A stretch of 64,000 nucleotides of DNA. Origin: Burkholderiales bacterium. Lineage in GTDB: Bacteria > Pseudomonadota > Gammaproteobacteria > Burkholderiales > Burkholderiaceae_C. The position numbers and the translations under genes are program-made. The notes below the pieces were generated by a model that searched no databases, was not told the DNA's origin, and worked only from the letters and a program-made list of their open reading frames with translations. Of this stretch, positions 17,615 to 28,198 are shown piece after piece. The stretch is from contig JBBSBZ010000001.1 of assembly GCA_038250795.1 (NCBI GenBank), forward strand, positions 2,842-66,841. The letters are read 5' to 3'. Position 1 is the stretch's first letter; each line of letters starts with the position of its first letter.

Positions 17615-19414
17615 TCAGTGGTTGTCGCGCGGCACGAACGCGCCGAGCGGACCTCCCTCGCCCTCGGGCTCGGGATGGTCGGGCCGCGGCACGAAGGCGC
17701 CGCGCCGGCCGACGAGAAAGTCGAGATCGACGCCCTGGTCGGCCTGCAGCACCGTATCGACGTAGAGCTTCCAGTAGCCGCTGCCGAGCGGCGGCGCCGG
17801 TGCCTTCCACGACTTCATGCGCTCAGCCAGTTCGGCGTCGCTGATGTCGAGGTGGATGCGCCGCCTGGCCACGTCGAGTTCGATGAAGTCGCCGGTGCGC
17901 ACGGCCGCGAGCGGCCCACCCGCAGCCGCCTCGGGCGCGGTATGCAGCACGACCGTGCCGTAGGCGGTGCCGCTCATGCGCGCGTCGCTGATCCGGACCA
18001 TGTCGGTGATGCCCTTCCTCAGCACCTTCGGCGGCAACGGCATGTTGCCGACCTCGGCCATGCCCGGATAGCCCTTCGGGCCGCAGTTGCGCAGCACCAT
18101 GACGCAGGTCTCGTCGATGTCGAGGTTCTCGTCGTCGATGCGGTGATGGAAGTCCTCGATGGTGTCGAAGACGACGGCACGGCCGCGGTGCTTCATGAGC
18201 GCCGGCGTCGCCGCGCTCGGCTTGATGATGGCCCCGCGCGGGGCGAGGTTGCCGCGCAGCACGGCGATGCCGGCGTTGTCCTTGAACGGGGCGTTGAACG
18301 GCTTGATCACCTCGGTATTGAAGTTCTCCGCGCTCGCGATGTTCGCGCCGAGGGTCTGGCCGTTGGCCGTGACCGCGTCGAGATGGAGCAGCGAGGAGAT
18401 TTCCTTCATCACCACCGGCAGGCCGCCGGCGTAGCAGAAGTCCTCCATCAGGTGGGTGCCCGAGGGCTGCAGGTTGACGAGGCAGGGCAGATGGCTCGCC
18501 AGCCGGTCGAAGTCGTCGATGTTCAGCTTGACACCGAGTCGGCCGGCGATGGCGATGAGATGGATGACGGCGTTGGTCGAGCCGCCGATCGCGGCGAGCG
18601 TGACGATGGCGTTCTCGAACGCCTCGCGGGTGAGGATGTCGGAGATCGTCTGGTCCTCGTGGACCATCTCGACGATGCGCCGGCCGGCCGATCGCGCGAT
18701 CACGTTGCGCCGCCCGTCGACTGCCGGATAGGCGGCGTTGCCGGGCAGACCGAGACCGAGCGCCTCGACCATCGAGGCCATCGTCGACGCCGTTCCCATC
18801 GTCATGCAGTGGCCGTGGCTGCGGTGCATGCAGCTCTCGGCGTCGAAGAACTGCTCGAGCTTGAGCGTGCCGGCGCGCACCTGCTCGCTCATGCTCCACA
18901 CGCCCGTCCCGGAGCCGAGCTCCTGGCCGCGCCACTTGCCGTTGAGCATCGGCCCGCCCGACACGCCGATCGTCGGCAGGTTGACGCTCGACGCGCCCAT
19001 CACCAGGGACGGCGTCGTCTTGTCGCAGCCCATCAGCAGCACGACGCCGTCGAGCGGATTGCCTCGGATCGACTCCTCGACGTCCATCGACGCGAGGTTG
19101 CGGTAGAGCATGGCCGTCGGCCTGAGCAGCGTCTCGCCGAGCGACATCACCGGGAACTCGAGCGGGAAGCCGCCGGCCTCGTAGACGCCGATCTTCACCT
19201 GCTCGGCGAGGGTGCGGAAGTGCGAGTTGCAGGGCGTGAGCTCGCTGAAGGTGTTGCAGATGCCGATGACCGGGCGACCGTCGAACTGGTCGTGCGGCAG
19301 GCCCTTGCCCTTCATCCAGCTGCGGTAATTGAAGCCGTCGCGATCCTGGCGGCCGAACCATTGCTGGCTGCGCATGTCCTTGGCCTCTCGGCGTGGCTTC
19401 TTCACCTCACTCAT
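17615..19414 (-). CDS. IlvD/Edd family sugar-acid dehydratase (arabinonate/xylonate/galactonate-type)
   Basis: RPVIGICNTFSELTPCNSH, GCDKT, CMTMGTASTM and SDARMSGTAYG motifs. Confidence 0.9.
   Translation of the reverse strand: MSEVKKPRREAKDMRSQQWFGRQDRDGFNYRSWMKGKGLPHDQFDGRPVIGICNTFSELTPCNSHFRTLAEQVKIGVYEAGGFPLEFPVMSLGETLLRPTAMLYRNLASMDVEESIRGNPLDGVVLLMGCDKTTPSLVMGASSVNLPTIGVSGGPMLNGKWRGQELGSGTGVWSMSEQVRAGTLKLEQFFDAESCMHRSHGHCMTMGTASTMASMVEALGLGLPGNAAYPAVDGRRNVIARSAGRRIVEMVHEDQTISDILTREAFENAIVTLAAIGGSTNAVIHLIAIAGRLGVKLNIDDFDRLASHLPCLVNLQPSGTHLMEDFCYAGGLPVVMKEISSLLHLDAVTANGQTLGANIASAENFNTEVIKPFNAPFKDNAGIAVLRGNLAPRGAIIKPSAATPALMKHRGRAVVFDTIEDFHHRIDDENLDIDETCVMVLRNCGPKGYPGMAEVGNMPLPPKVLRKGITDMVRISDARMSGTAYGTVVLHTAPEAAAGGPLAAVRTGDFIELDVARRRIHLDISDAELAERMKSWKAPAPPLGSGYWKLYVDTVLQADQGVDLDFLVGRRGAFVPRPDHPEPEGEGGPLGAFVPRDNH
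17628..17702 (-). repeat. 18-nt direct repeat (17/18 identical) with 57-nt period at the dehydratase 3' end
   Basis: cgcggcacgaacgcgccg at 17628-17645 and cgcggcacgaaggcgccg at 17685-17702; both encode GAFVPR. Confidence 0.85.
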
Positions 19415-19450
19415 CCCGTCTCCTTGGGCTCGTTTCCGCCCCTTGCAGGC

Positions 19451-20326
19451 TCACTCCTTCACCGATCCCGTCAGGCCGGAGACGTAGTACTCGACGAAGA
19501 ACGAGTACACGAAGGCGACCGGCAGCGAGCCGAGCAATGCGCCGGCCATCAGCGGGCCCCACTGGTACACGTCGCCCTGCACCAGCTCGGTGACGACGCC
19601 GACCGGCAGCGTCTTGATCTCCGACGACGACACGAATGTGAGCGCGTAGATGAACTCGTTCCACGACAGCGTGAAGGCGAAGATGCCGGCCGAGATCAGT
19701 CCCGGCACCGCCAGCGGCAGGATGATCTTGGTGAGGATCTGCCAGCGCGTCGCGCCATCGATCAGCGCGCACTCCTCGAGCTCGAACGGAATCGAGCGGA
19801 AGTAGCCCATCAGCAGCCAGGTGCAGAAGGGGATCAGGAAGGTGGGATAGGTGAGGATCAGCGCCCAGCGCGTGTCGAACAGGCCGAGCTGGAAGACGAC
19901 GTTGGCGAGCGGGATGAAGAGGATCGTCGGCGGCACGAGGTAGGCGAGGAAGATCGCCAGGCCGACCCGCTTCGAGCCCTGGAACCGCAGCCGCTCGATC
20001 GCGTAGGCGGCCATCACCGAGGCGACGAGCGACGCAGCAGTGGACACGACCGACACCAGGATCGTGTTCCACGCCCACTGGGGGAACTGGGTCTCGAAGA
20101 GCAGGTGATGGAAGTGCTCGAGCGTGGCGTTCACGACCCAGAACGGATTGCCGGTTCGCGACAGCAGCTCCTGATCCGGCTTCACCGACGTGATCGCCAT
20201 CCAGTAGAACGGGAAGAGCAGGATGATGAGGAAGACGACAAGCGGCAGGTAGACGACGACGGTCTTCCGTCGCCTCGACTCGAGGTAGCCCATGCCGGCC
20301 GAATCGACCGCCGCCTCCTTGCTCAC
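19451..20326 (-). CDS. Carbohydrate ABC transporter permease (MalG-like)
   Basis: EAA-loop ELEECALIDGATRWQ, FTLSWNEF and multiple TM helices. GTG start overlaps the upstream stop. Confidence 0.9.
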   Translation of the reverse strand: MSKEAAVDSAGMGYLESRRRKTVVVYLPLVVFLIILLFPFYWMAITSVKPDQELLSRTGNPFWVVNATLEHFHHLLFETQFPQWAWNTILVSVVSTAASLVASVMAAYAIERLRFQGSKRVGLAIFLAYLVPPTILFIPLANVVFQLGLFDTRWALILTYPTFLIPFCTWLLMGYFRSIPFELEECALIDGATRWQILTKIILPLAVPGLISAGIFAFTLSWNEFIYALTFVSSSEIKTLPVGVVTELVQGDVYQWGPLMAGALLGSLPVAFVYSFFVEYYVSGLTGSVKE

Positions 20327-21231
20327 GAGTCCGACCCGCCCTGCTGCCAGGCCCGCCGCTGCAGGCCGAAGTAGCTGAACATGATGCAGGCGAGCAGGAA
20401 CGGCACCATGGTGATCGCGATGGCTGCGCCTTCGCCGAGCGCGCCGCCGTTGATCGCGCGCTGGAACGCGAGCGTCGCCATCAGATGCGTCGCGTTGAGC
20501 GGGCCGCCGCGGGTGATGACGTAGATCAGCTGGAAGTCGGTGAAGGTGAAGAGCACCGAGAAGGTCATGACGACCGCGATGATCGGCGTCAAGAGCGGCA
20601 GCGTCACGTGGCGGAACTGCTGCCAGGGAGTCGCGCCGTCGATGGCCGAGGCCTCGTAGTACGAGGGCGAGATCGTCTGCAGCCCCGCCAGCAGCGTGAT
20701 GGCGACGAACGGCACGCCGCGCCAGACGTTGGCCGCGATCACCGACCAGCGCGCGTTCCACGGGTCGCCGAGGAAGTCGATGTAGTGGTCGATGAGGCCC
20801 ATTTTCACGAGCAGCCAGCTGACGATCGAGAACTGCGAGTCGTAGATCCACCAGAACGCGATCGCCGAGAGCGCCGTCGGCACGATGTAGGGCAGCAGGA
20901 TGACGGCGCGAAAGAAGGTCTTGAAGCGGATGTTGCGATTGAGCAGGACCGCGAGCCAGAGACCGAGGAAGAACTTGAAGATGCTTGCGACGATCGTGTA
21001 GAGCAGCGTATTGAAGAGCGCAAGCCGGACGACGCTGTCGCCCCACAGGTACTGGTAGTTGTCGAGCCCGACCCACTCGCCGGGACGCCCGACCTTGGCG
21101 TCGGTGAAGCCGAGCCAGGTGCCCAGGCCGAGCGGATAGGTGAGGAAGACGATCAGCAGCGCGGCCGCCGGGAGCATGAACAACACGCCCAGCGCATTCC
21201 GGTTGTTCTGCAGCCGCTCGAGAAACGTCAT
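20323..21231 (-). CDS. Carbohydrate ABC transporter permease (MalF-like)
   Basis: VGLDNY, YEASAIDGATPWQQF and VITRGGP; start MTFLERLQ. Confidence 0.9.
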   Translation of the reverse strand: MTFLERLQNNRNALGVLFMLPAAALLIVFLTYPLGLGTWLGFTDAKVGRPGEWVGLDNYQYLWGDSVVRLALFNTLLYTIVASIFKFFLGLWLAVLLNRNIRFKTFFRAVILLPYIVPTALSAIAFWWIYDSQFSIVSWLLVKMGLIDHYIDFLGDPWNARWSVIAANVWRGVPFVAITLLAGLQTISPSYYEASAIDGATPWQQFRHVTLPLLTPIIAVVMTFSVLFTFTDFQLIYVITRGGPLNATHLMATLAFQRAINGGALGEGAAIAITMVPFLLACIMFSYFGLQRRAWQQGGSDS

Positions 21232-21254
21232 AGAAGAAGCAAACAGCGAACGAT

Positions 21255-21344
21255 GTCGACGCCGACGGCGTCGACGGGCCAAGCGAAGAGCGAGCCCCGC
21301 CGAGTTGAGGGACGGGGGCCGCCGTTCAGGCGGCCCCGTCCCTC
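21255..21344 (-). promoter_or_regulatory. Two intercistronic stem-loops between the binding-protein and permease genes (probable mRNA stabilisers)
   Basis: gtcgacgcc-gac-ggcgtcgac at 21255-21275 and gagggacgggggccgcc-gttca-ggcggccccgtccctc at 21307-21344. Confidence 0.6.
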
Positions 21345-21380
21345 GAACGAGGCGAGATCGGCCGGACGCGCGTCCGGGTA

Positions 21381-22715
21381 TCAGACCTTGTAGTAGCGCT
21401 CGGCGCGCTTCTGCGCCCGCTCCATCGCCTCCTTCGGCGTCTTCGCTCCGCTGATCGCCTCGGCGACCATGTTGACGACGATGAAGTCGGCGGCAGCGCC
21501 CGCCGACGCGTAGCCGAGCTTGCCCGCGTAGCCAGCCGGGCGCAGGTTCTTGACCGCATCGCGATACGGCTCGTTCTTCGGGTCCGAGGTCCAGATCGCG
21601 CTCTGGGCGTAGGCCGCCAGCGGCGGCGCGACATAGCCCTGCGCGCCCGTGAGCCACGGGTCGAACTGGTCCTTCTCCATCATGAACTGCAGGAACATCT
21701 TCGCGGCCTGCGGGTACTTCGTGTACTTCATGACCATCTGGTTGAAGTACAGGTGCGACTCGGTCGGCACGCCGACCGGCCCGATCGGGAAGGACGCGTG
21801 CTGGATGTCCTGCGCCATCTCCTTGAGCTTCGGGTCGGTCGAGTTCTTCGCCGCCACATAGATCGAGATGCCGTTGTTGGTGATCGAGATCTGTCCGTCG
21901 AGGAACGCCTTGTTGTTGTTCGGATCGAGCCACGACAGCGTGCCCGGAATGAAGGTCGCGTACAGCTCCTTGCCGTACTCGAGCGCCTTGTTCGTCTCGG
22001 GGCTGTCGATCACGACCTTGTTGTTCTGGTCGACCAGCTTGCCGCCGAACGCCCAGACCAGCCAGTTGCACCACAGGCCGTCGCCGGTCGCGTTGCCGAG
22101 CGCCATGCCGCCGGGCATGCCCTTCTCCTTGACGGCCTTGAAGAGCTTCAAGAAATCGTCGGTGTTCTTCGGGAAGGTGTCGAAGCCGGCCGACTTCACG
22201 ACGCTTTGCCGGTAGACCATCATCGATCCGGCGGCGCCGAGCGGGATGGCGATCCACTTCTTGCCGTCGGGCCGGTTGAACTGCTCGCCGGCCGAGTACC
22301 AGCCGCCGTACTTCTTGCCGAGGTAGTTGGCGAGATCGGTGACGTCGAGCAGCTTGTCCGGGTACAGGTTCGCGTCGTCGTTGGTGGACAGGATGATGTC
22401 GGGGCCGGCGCCGGTGTTGGCAGCCACGGCCGCCTTCGGACGGACGTCCTCCCATCCCTCGTTGTCGACGCGCACCGGGATGCCCGTCTTCTCGGTGAAC
22501 TTCTTGACGTTCGCCATGTAGGCGTCGATGTCGCCCTGCACGAAGCGGCTCCAGCGCAGGACACGCAGCGTCGCGCCCTTCTCGGGCTTGTAGGCGAGCG
22601 TCTGCGCCGAGACCAGCGGCGACCAGAGGGCGCTGCCGGTGCCGACCGCAGCGACGGCGGCCGCGCCGGCCGAGCCTTCGAGGAACTTGCGGCGATTGAA
22701 GGGGGGCTGGGTCAT
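21381..22715 (-). CDS. Sugar ABC transporter substrate-binding protein, Tat-exported
   Basis: Twin-arginine NRRKFLE signal; family-1 SBP features (LRVLRWS, GPDII, AFLDGQISIT). Confidence 0.9.
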   Translation of the reverse strand: MTQPPFNRRKFLEGSAGAAAVAAVGTGSALWSPLVSAQTLAYKPEKGATLRVLRWSRFVQGDIDAYMANVKKFTEKTGIPVRVDNEGWEDVRPKAAVAANTGAGPDIILSTNDDANLYPDKLLDVTDLANYLGKKYGGWYSAGEQFNRPDGKKWIAIPLGAAGSMMVYRQSVVKSAGFDTFPKNTDDFLKLFKAVKEKGMPGGMALGNATGDGLWCNWLVWAFGGKLVDQNNKVVIDSPETNKALEYGKELYATFIPGTLSWLDPNNNKAFLDGQISITNNGISIYVAAKNSTDPKLKEMAQDIQHASFPIGPVGVPTESHLYFNQMVMKYTKYPQAAKMFLQFMMEKDQFDPWLTGAQGYVAPPLAAYAQSAIWTSDPKNEPYRDAVKNLRPAGYAGKLGYASAGAAADFIVVNMVAEAISGAKTPKEAMERAQKRAERYYKV

Positions 22716-22785
22716 CGTGGGTCTCCTGTCTTCGGGTGTGTCGTCGAAAGAGTCGTCATCAGGGAAGGGTTCGCGCGCGCGACGG

Positions 22786-23859
<1,074 letters not shown>

Positions 23860-23982
23860 GGGATGGGTCGCAAGCGCGGCAAGCCCGCGCCGACGAAGTA
23901 TCGGACACGCCCGCGTTGCGCCGCCATGAGGGCAAACCGGTAGACCAGCCGACAGGGCGATTCGTATGATGATCCGATCACC

Positions 23983-24771
23983 ATGTTGAATCGCGCCAGC
24001 GCCGCCCCTGCCCCTCCGGCCCCGGCCGGAGCCGGAGAATGGCCGTCGCCGCTGGTCACCGAGCGGCTGTCGGACCGCCTTGCGGCGCGCCTGGGCGGCC
24101 AGATCGACGCCGGCTCGCTGCGTCCGGGGGATCGCCTGCCGACCGAGCAGCGCCTGGCCGAGGCGCACGGGGTGTCGCGCACGGTCGTGCGCGAGGCCGT
24201 TCACCAGTTGCGCTCGCGTGGCCTGGTCCGCTCGCGCCAGGGATCGGGCATGTTCGTCACGGCGGCGCCGCCGGGCGAGGCGCTCACCCTCGATCTCGCG
24301 CTGATCGGCTCGGTCGAAGACGTCCTGCGCGTGCGCGAGGTACGCCGCGCCCTCGAGGCCGAGTCGGCCGCGCTTGCCGCCGAGCGCGCGACCCGCGCAC
24401 AGGTCGCGGCTCTTCGCAAGGCACTGCGCGCGATCGATCGCAGTGCCGCCGAGGGGCGTGACGGTGTCGTCGAGGACCTCGCCTTCCATCGCCTGCTGGG
24501 CGAGGCCGCCGGCAATCCGCACTTCTCGCGCCTGCTCGAGTTTCTCGAGCAGTACACCCACGAGGCGATGCGCGTCACGCGTCGCAACGACGCGACTCGC
24601 GCCGAATTCGTCGAGGCCGTCCGCATGGAGCACGCCGCGATCGTCGACGCCATCGCCGCCGGCGATGCGGCCGCGGCGCGGCGTTGCGCGATCCAGCACA
24701 TGCGTCGCGGCGACCGGCGCATGCGAACCGCCGAGCCGATCGTCGCCCTCACGAGGAGAACCCGCCGATGA
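23983..24771 (+). CDS. GntR/FadR family transcriptional regulator
   Basis: w[30 protein letters not shown] and an FCD domain (DLAFH, EH..IVDAI). Divergent from the ABC operon. Confidence 0.9.
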   Translation: MLNRASAAPAPPAPAGAGEWPSPLVTERLSDRLAARLGGQIDAGSLRPGDRLPTEQRLAEAHGVSRTVVREAVHQLRSRGLVRSRQGSGMFVTAAPPGEALTLDLALIGSVEDVLRVREVRRALEAESAALAAERATRAQVAALRKALRAIDRSAAEGRDGVVEDLAFHRLLGEAAGNPHFSRLLEFLEQYTHEAMRVTRRNDATRAEFVEAVRMEHAAIVDAIAAGDAAAARRCAIQHMRRGDRRMRTAEPIVALTRRTRR

Positions 24772-25802
24772 AGATCCTGATCACCGGCGGAGGCGGCTTC
24801 GTCGGCTCCCGCCTCGCCGGCGCCCTCCTCGCGCGCGGACGACTGGCTGGCGCCGCGATCGACCAGATCGTCCTCGCCGACCAGGTCGCACCGCGGCCGT
24901 CGCTCACGAGCGACCCTCGCGTCGAGGCGCGCGTCGGGCCGCTCCTTTCGCAGTGCGAAGCGCTCGGCCAGGAAGGCTTCGACGGCGTGTTCCATCTCGC
25001 CTCGGCCGTCTCGGGCGAATGCGAGGCCGATTTCGACCTCGGCCTGCGCTCCAACCTGGACACGACGCGCGCGCTGCTGGATGCCTTGCGCGCCGCGACC
25101 GCCCGCGGCGGCACGCCGGCACGGCTGGTCTTCTCGAGCTCGGTGGCAGTCTACGGCCCCGATCCGTCGAAGCCGCTCCCCGACCTGGTCGGCGACGACA
25201 CGCTGCCCGCGCCGAAGACGTCGTATGGCACGCACAAGCTCGTCTGCGAGCACTTGATCGCCGACTATTCGCGCAAGGGCTTCGTCGACGGCCGCTCGGC
25301 GCGCCTGATGACAGTCACCGTGCGGCCCGGGAAGCCGAACGGCGCAGCCTCGTCGTTCTTCTCCGGGATCATCCGCGAGCCGCTCGCGGGCATCGAGGCG
25401 ATCTGCCCGGTGTCGCCGGAGGTCTCGCATCCGCTCACGTCGGTGGCGCGCACGGTCGAGGGCCTGATCGCCGTCTACGAGGCGAGCGTCGACGAGCTCG
25501 GCGGGCGCCTCGCGCTCAACCTGCCGTCGATCAACGCCACGGTCGGCGACATGCTCGCCGCGCTCGAGGAAGTCGCCGGGCCGGCGGTGCGAAAGCTGGT
25601 GCGCTTCGAGCGCGACGAGGTGATCGCTGGCATCGTCGGCAACTGGTCGCGCGGGGCGAGCGCGGCGCGGGCGGCGCGGCTCGGTCTGGCCGCCGACAAG
25701 AGCTTCGCCGACATCATCCGCCAGTACATCGCCGACTGCCGCGCCGGCCCCGACTCGGCGCAGACGCTGAAAGGGCTCAAACTCGAGGAGCGCCGCTCAT
25801 GA
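24768..25802 (+). CDS. NAD-dependent epimerase/dehydrogenase, D-erythronate dehydrogenase (DenD)-like
   Basis: [23 protein letters not shown] and [21 protein letters not shown]. Confidence 0.8.
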   Translation: MKILITGGGGFVGSRLAGALLARGRLAGAAIDQIVLADQVAPRPSLTSDPRVEARVGPLLSQCEALGQEGFDGVFHLASAVSGECEADFDLGLRSNLDTTRALLDALRAATARGGTPARLVFSSSVAVYGPDPSKPLPDLVGDDTLPAPKTSYGTHKLVCEHLIADYSRKGFVDGRSARLMTVTVRPGKPNGAASSFFSGIIREPLAGIEAICPVSPEVSHPLTSVARTVEGLIAVYEASVDELGGRLALNLPSINATVGDMLAALEEVAGPAVRKLVRFERDEVIAGIVGNWSRGASAARAARLGLAADKSFADIIRQYIADCRAGPDSAQTLKGLKLEERRS

Positions 25803-26563
25803 ACCAGATCGATCTCGCCGGCCGCGTCGCCGTCGTCACCGGAGGTGCCCAGGGCATCGGCTACGCGATCGCCGAACGCATGCTCGCCTCGGGCGCGACG
25901 GTCGTTCTCTGGGACGCCGACGCCGGCAAGCTCGCCGAGGCCAAGGCCTCGCTCGGGAACGTCGGCAAAGCGGCCGGCAAGGTCTTCGTCGAGCAGGTCG
26001 AGCTGACCGACGAGAAGGACGTCGCAGCAGCGACGAGTCGCAGCATCGCCGCCGCGAAGAAGATCGACATCCTCGTCAACAACGCCGGCATCACCGGCGG
26101 CAACGGCACGACCTGGGAGCTGGCGCCCGACATGTGGCGCCGCGTGATCGAGGTCAACCTGATCGCGCCCTACCTCGTCTGTCGCGCGGTCGTGCCGCAC
26201 ATGGTCGAGAACAAGTACGGGCGGATCATCAACATCGCTTCGGTGGCAGGCAAGGAAGGCAATCCGAACGCGTCGCACTACAGCGCGTCGAAGGCCGGCC
26301 TGATCGCCCTCACCAAGTCGCTCGGCAAGGAGCTCGCCGGCAAGGGCGTCCTCGTCAACGCCGTCTCGCCGGCGGCGGCCAAGACCGCGATGTTCGCGAC
26401 CATGACCCAACAGCACATCGACTTCATGCTCTCGAAGATTCCGATGGGACGATTCCTCGAGGTCGGCGAGGCGGCGGCGATGGTCGCCTGGCTGGCGTCG
26501 GAGGATTGCTCGTTCACGACGAGCTCCGTCTTCGACCTCTCCGGCGGTCGGGCGACGTACTGA
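25799..26563 (+). CDS. SDR family oxidoreductase (2-keto-3-deoxy-sugar-acid dehydrogenase-like)
   Basis: TGGAQGIG, NNAG, KEGNPNASHYSASK; ATGA overlap with the upstream gene. Confidence 0.85.
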   Translation: MNQIDLAGRVAVVTGGAQGIGYAIAERMLASGATVVLWDADAGKLAEAKASLGNVGKAAGKVFVEQVELTDEKDVAAATSRSIAAAKKIDILVNNAGITGGNGTTWELAPDMWRRVIEVNLIAPYLVCRAVVPHMVENKYGRIINIASVAGKEGNPNASHYSASKAGLIALTKSLGKELAGKGVLVNAVSPAAAKTAMFATMTQQHIDFMLSKIPMGRFLEVGEAAAMVAWLASEDCSFTTSSVFDLSGGRATY

Positions 26564-26608
26564 GCTTTCCGCTTTCGTCGGCGGTCGCCGACGAAGCAGC
26601 GGGCCGCG

Positions 26609-27283
26609 ATGTCCGATCCGATCACCCCGCCCGTCCGGCTCGGCGTGCAGCTCGCCACCGGCGCGCTGATCCTGATCGCGGCCGCCTGGCTGTTCGGCGC
26701 GATCGCCGAGGATGTCGTCACGGGCGACCGGTTCACGGTCGTCGACATCGAGCTCGCGCGCTGGCTGCACGAGCACGCGACGCCGGCGCTGACGCGCTGG
26801 GTGCTGATCGTGACGAACCTGCATTCGACGGTCGCGGTCTCCTGCTACGGTGCGGTCGCCGCCCTCTGCTTCGCATTCGCGCGACACTGGCGGCGCGTCG
26901 TGGCGCTTTTCGTCTGCCTCGCCGGCGGCCTGGCGCTCAATGTCCTCATGAAGCTCGCCTTCCATCGCGCCCGACCGGTCTTCGACCACCCGCTGCTCAC
27001 GCTGTCGAGCTACAGCTTTCCGAGCGGGCATGTCGCTGGCGCGACGATCTTCTACGGCCTCGGCGTCGTCTTCGTGTTCAAGTGGACTCGTCGCTGGCCG
27101 CTGCGGGTCGCCGCGTCGATCGTCGCGTTGATCGCGATCACGGTCGTCGCCTTCACTCGCACCTATCTCGGCGTCCACTACCTCAGCGACGTGGCGGCCG
27201 CGTTCGCCGAAGGCGTCGCCTGGCTTGCCGTGTCGCTGACGGCGCTCGACGCGTACTGGCGCCGCAAGGACCGCACGCGATGA
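26609..27283 (+). CDS. PAP2 family membrane phosphatase
   Basis: K..FHRARP, SFPSGH and TRTYLGVHYLSDV catalytic motifs; TM helices. Confidence 0.9.
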   Translation: MSDPITPPVRLGVQLATGALILIAAAWLFGAIAEDVVTGDRFTVVDIELARWLHEHATPALTRWVLIVTNLHSTVAVSCYGAVAALCFAFARHWRRVVALFVCLAGGLALNVLMKLAFHRARPVFDHPLLTLSSYSFPSGHVAGATIFYGLGVVFVFKWTRRWPLRVAASIVALIAITVVAFTRTYLGVHYLSDVAAAFAEGVAWLAVSLTALDAYWRRKDRTR

Positions 27284-28191
27284 AGAGCGCCTACGTGATC
27301 GTCAACGCCGGCTCGGGCGGCGGCCACGACGGCGACCAGGTTGCGCGTCTCACCGACCTTTTCGCCCGCTACGGCGCAAGCGCCGAGGTGCACCTGGCGC
27401 GATCCGGCAGCGAGATCGCGACGCTCGCACGCGACGCGCTCGAGCGTCGGCCGGACATGGTCGTCGCCGGCGGCGGCGACGGCACGGTCAGCAGCGTCGC
27501 GGCCGTCCTCGCCGGCAGCGAGCTGCCCTTCGGCGTGCTGCCCCTTGGCACGCTCAACCACTTCGCGAAGGACCTCGGCGTGCCGCTCGAGCTCGAGGGC
27601 GCGGTGGCGCGCATCGTCGGCGGCCAGCCGACGCGCGTCGACGTCGGCGAGGTCAACGGGCGCGTCTTCATCAACAATGCGAGCCTGGGCCTCTATCCCG
27701 ACATCGTCCACGACCGCGAGCGGCAGCGAAAGCGGCTCGGGCGTGGCAAGTGGCTGGCGCTCGTCTGGGCCAGCCTCGCCGCGCTGCGCCGCTTTTCCTT
27801 CATGCATGTGCGACTCTCGGTCGACGGCCGGCAGCGGCTTCGCCGCACGCCCTTCGTCTTCGTCGGCAACAACGCTTACGTGATGCAGGGCTTCGCGATC
27901 GGCGAGCGCATGGCGATCGACCGTGGGCGGCTGAGCCTCTACGTCGTGCAGCGTGCCGGGCGCTTTCGCCTGATGCAGCTGGCGCTGCGCGCGCTCGTCG
28001 GGCGGCTCGACCAGGAGCGCGACTTCGAGGTCACTTTCGCGACGGAGATCGTGGTCGAGAGCCGAAAGAAGCGCCTGCGTGTCGCCACCGACGGCGAGAT
28101 CACGATGATGACGCCGCCGCTGCGCTTCGCCGTCAGGCCGGCGGTCCTGGTCGTCGTCGGCGCCGATCCGGCCCGCGCCGAGGCTGGCTGA
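27280..28191 (+). CDS. Diacylglycerol kinase catalytic family (YegS/DAGK-like) lipid kinase
   Basis: VNAGSG, AGGGDGT, LPLGTLNHFAKDLG and DGE motifs. Confidence 0.9.
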   Translation: MKSAYVIVNAGSGGGHDGDQVARLTDLFARYGASAEVHLARSGSEIATLARDALERRPDMVVAGGGDGTVSSVAAVLAGSELPFGVLPLGTLNHFAKDLGVPLELEGAVARIVGGQPTRVDVGEVNGRVFINNASLGLYPDIVHDRERQRKRLGRGKWLALVWASLAALRRFSFMHVRLSVDGRQRLRRTPFVFVGNNAYVMQGFAIGERMAIDRGRLSLYVVQRAGRFRLMQLALRALVGRLDQERDFEVTFATEIVVESRKKRLRVATDGEITMMTPPLRFAVRPAVLVVVGADPARAEAG

Positions 28192-28198
28192 GGGCAGC

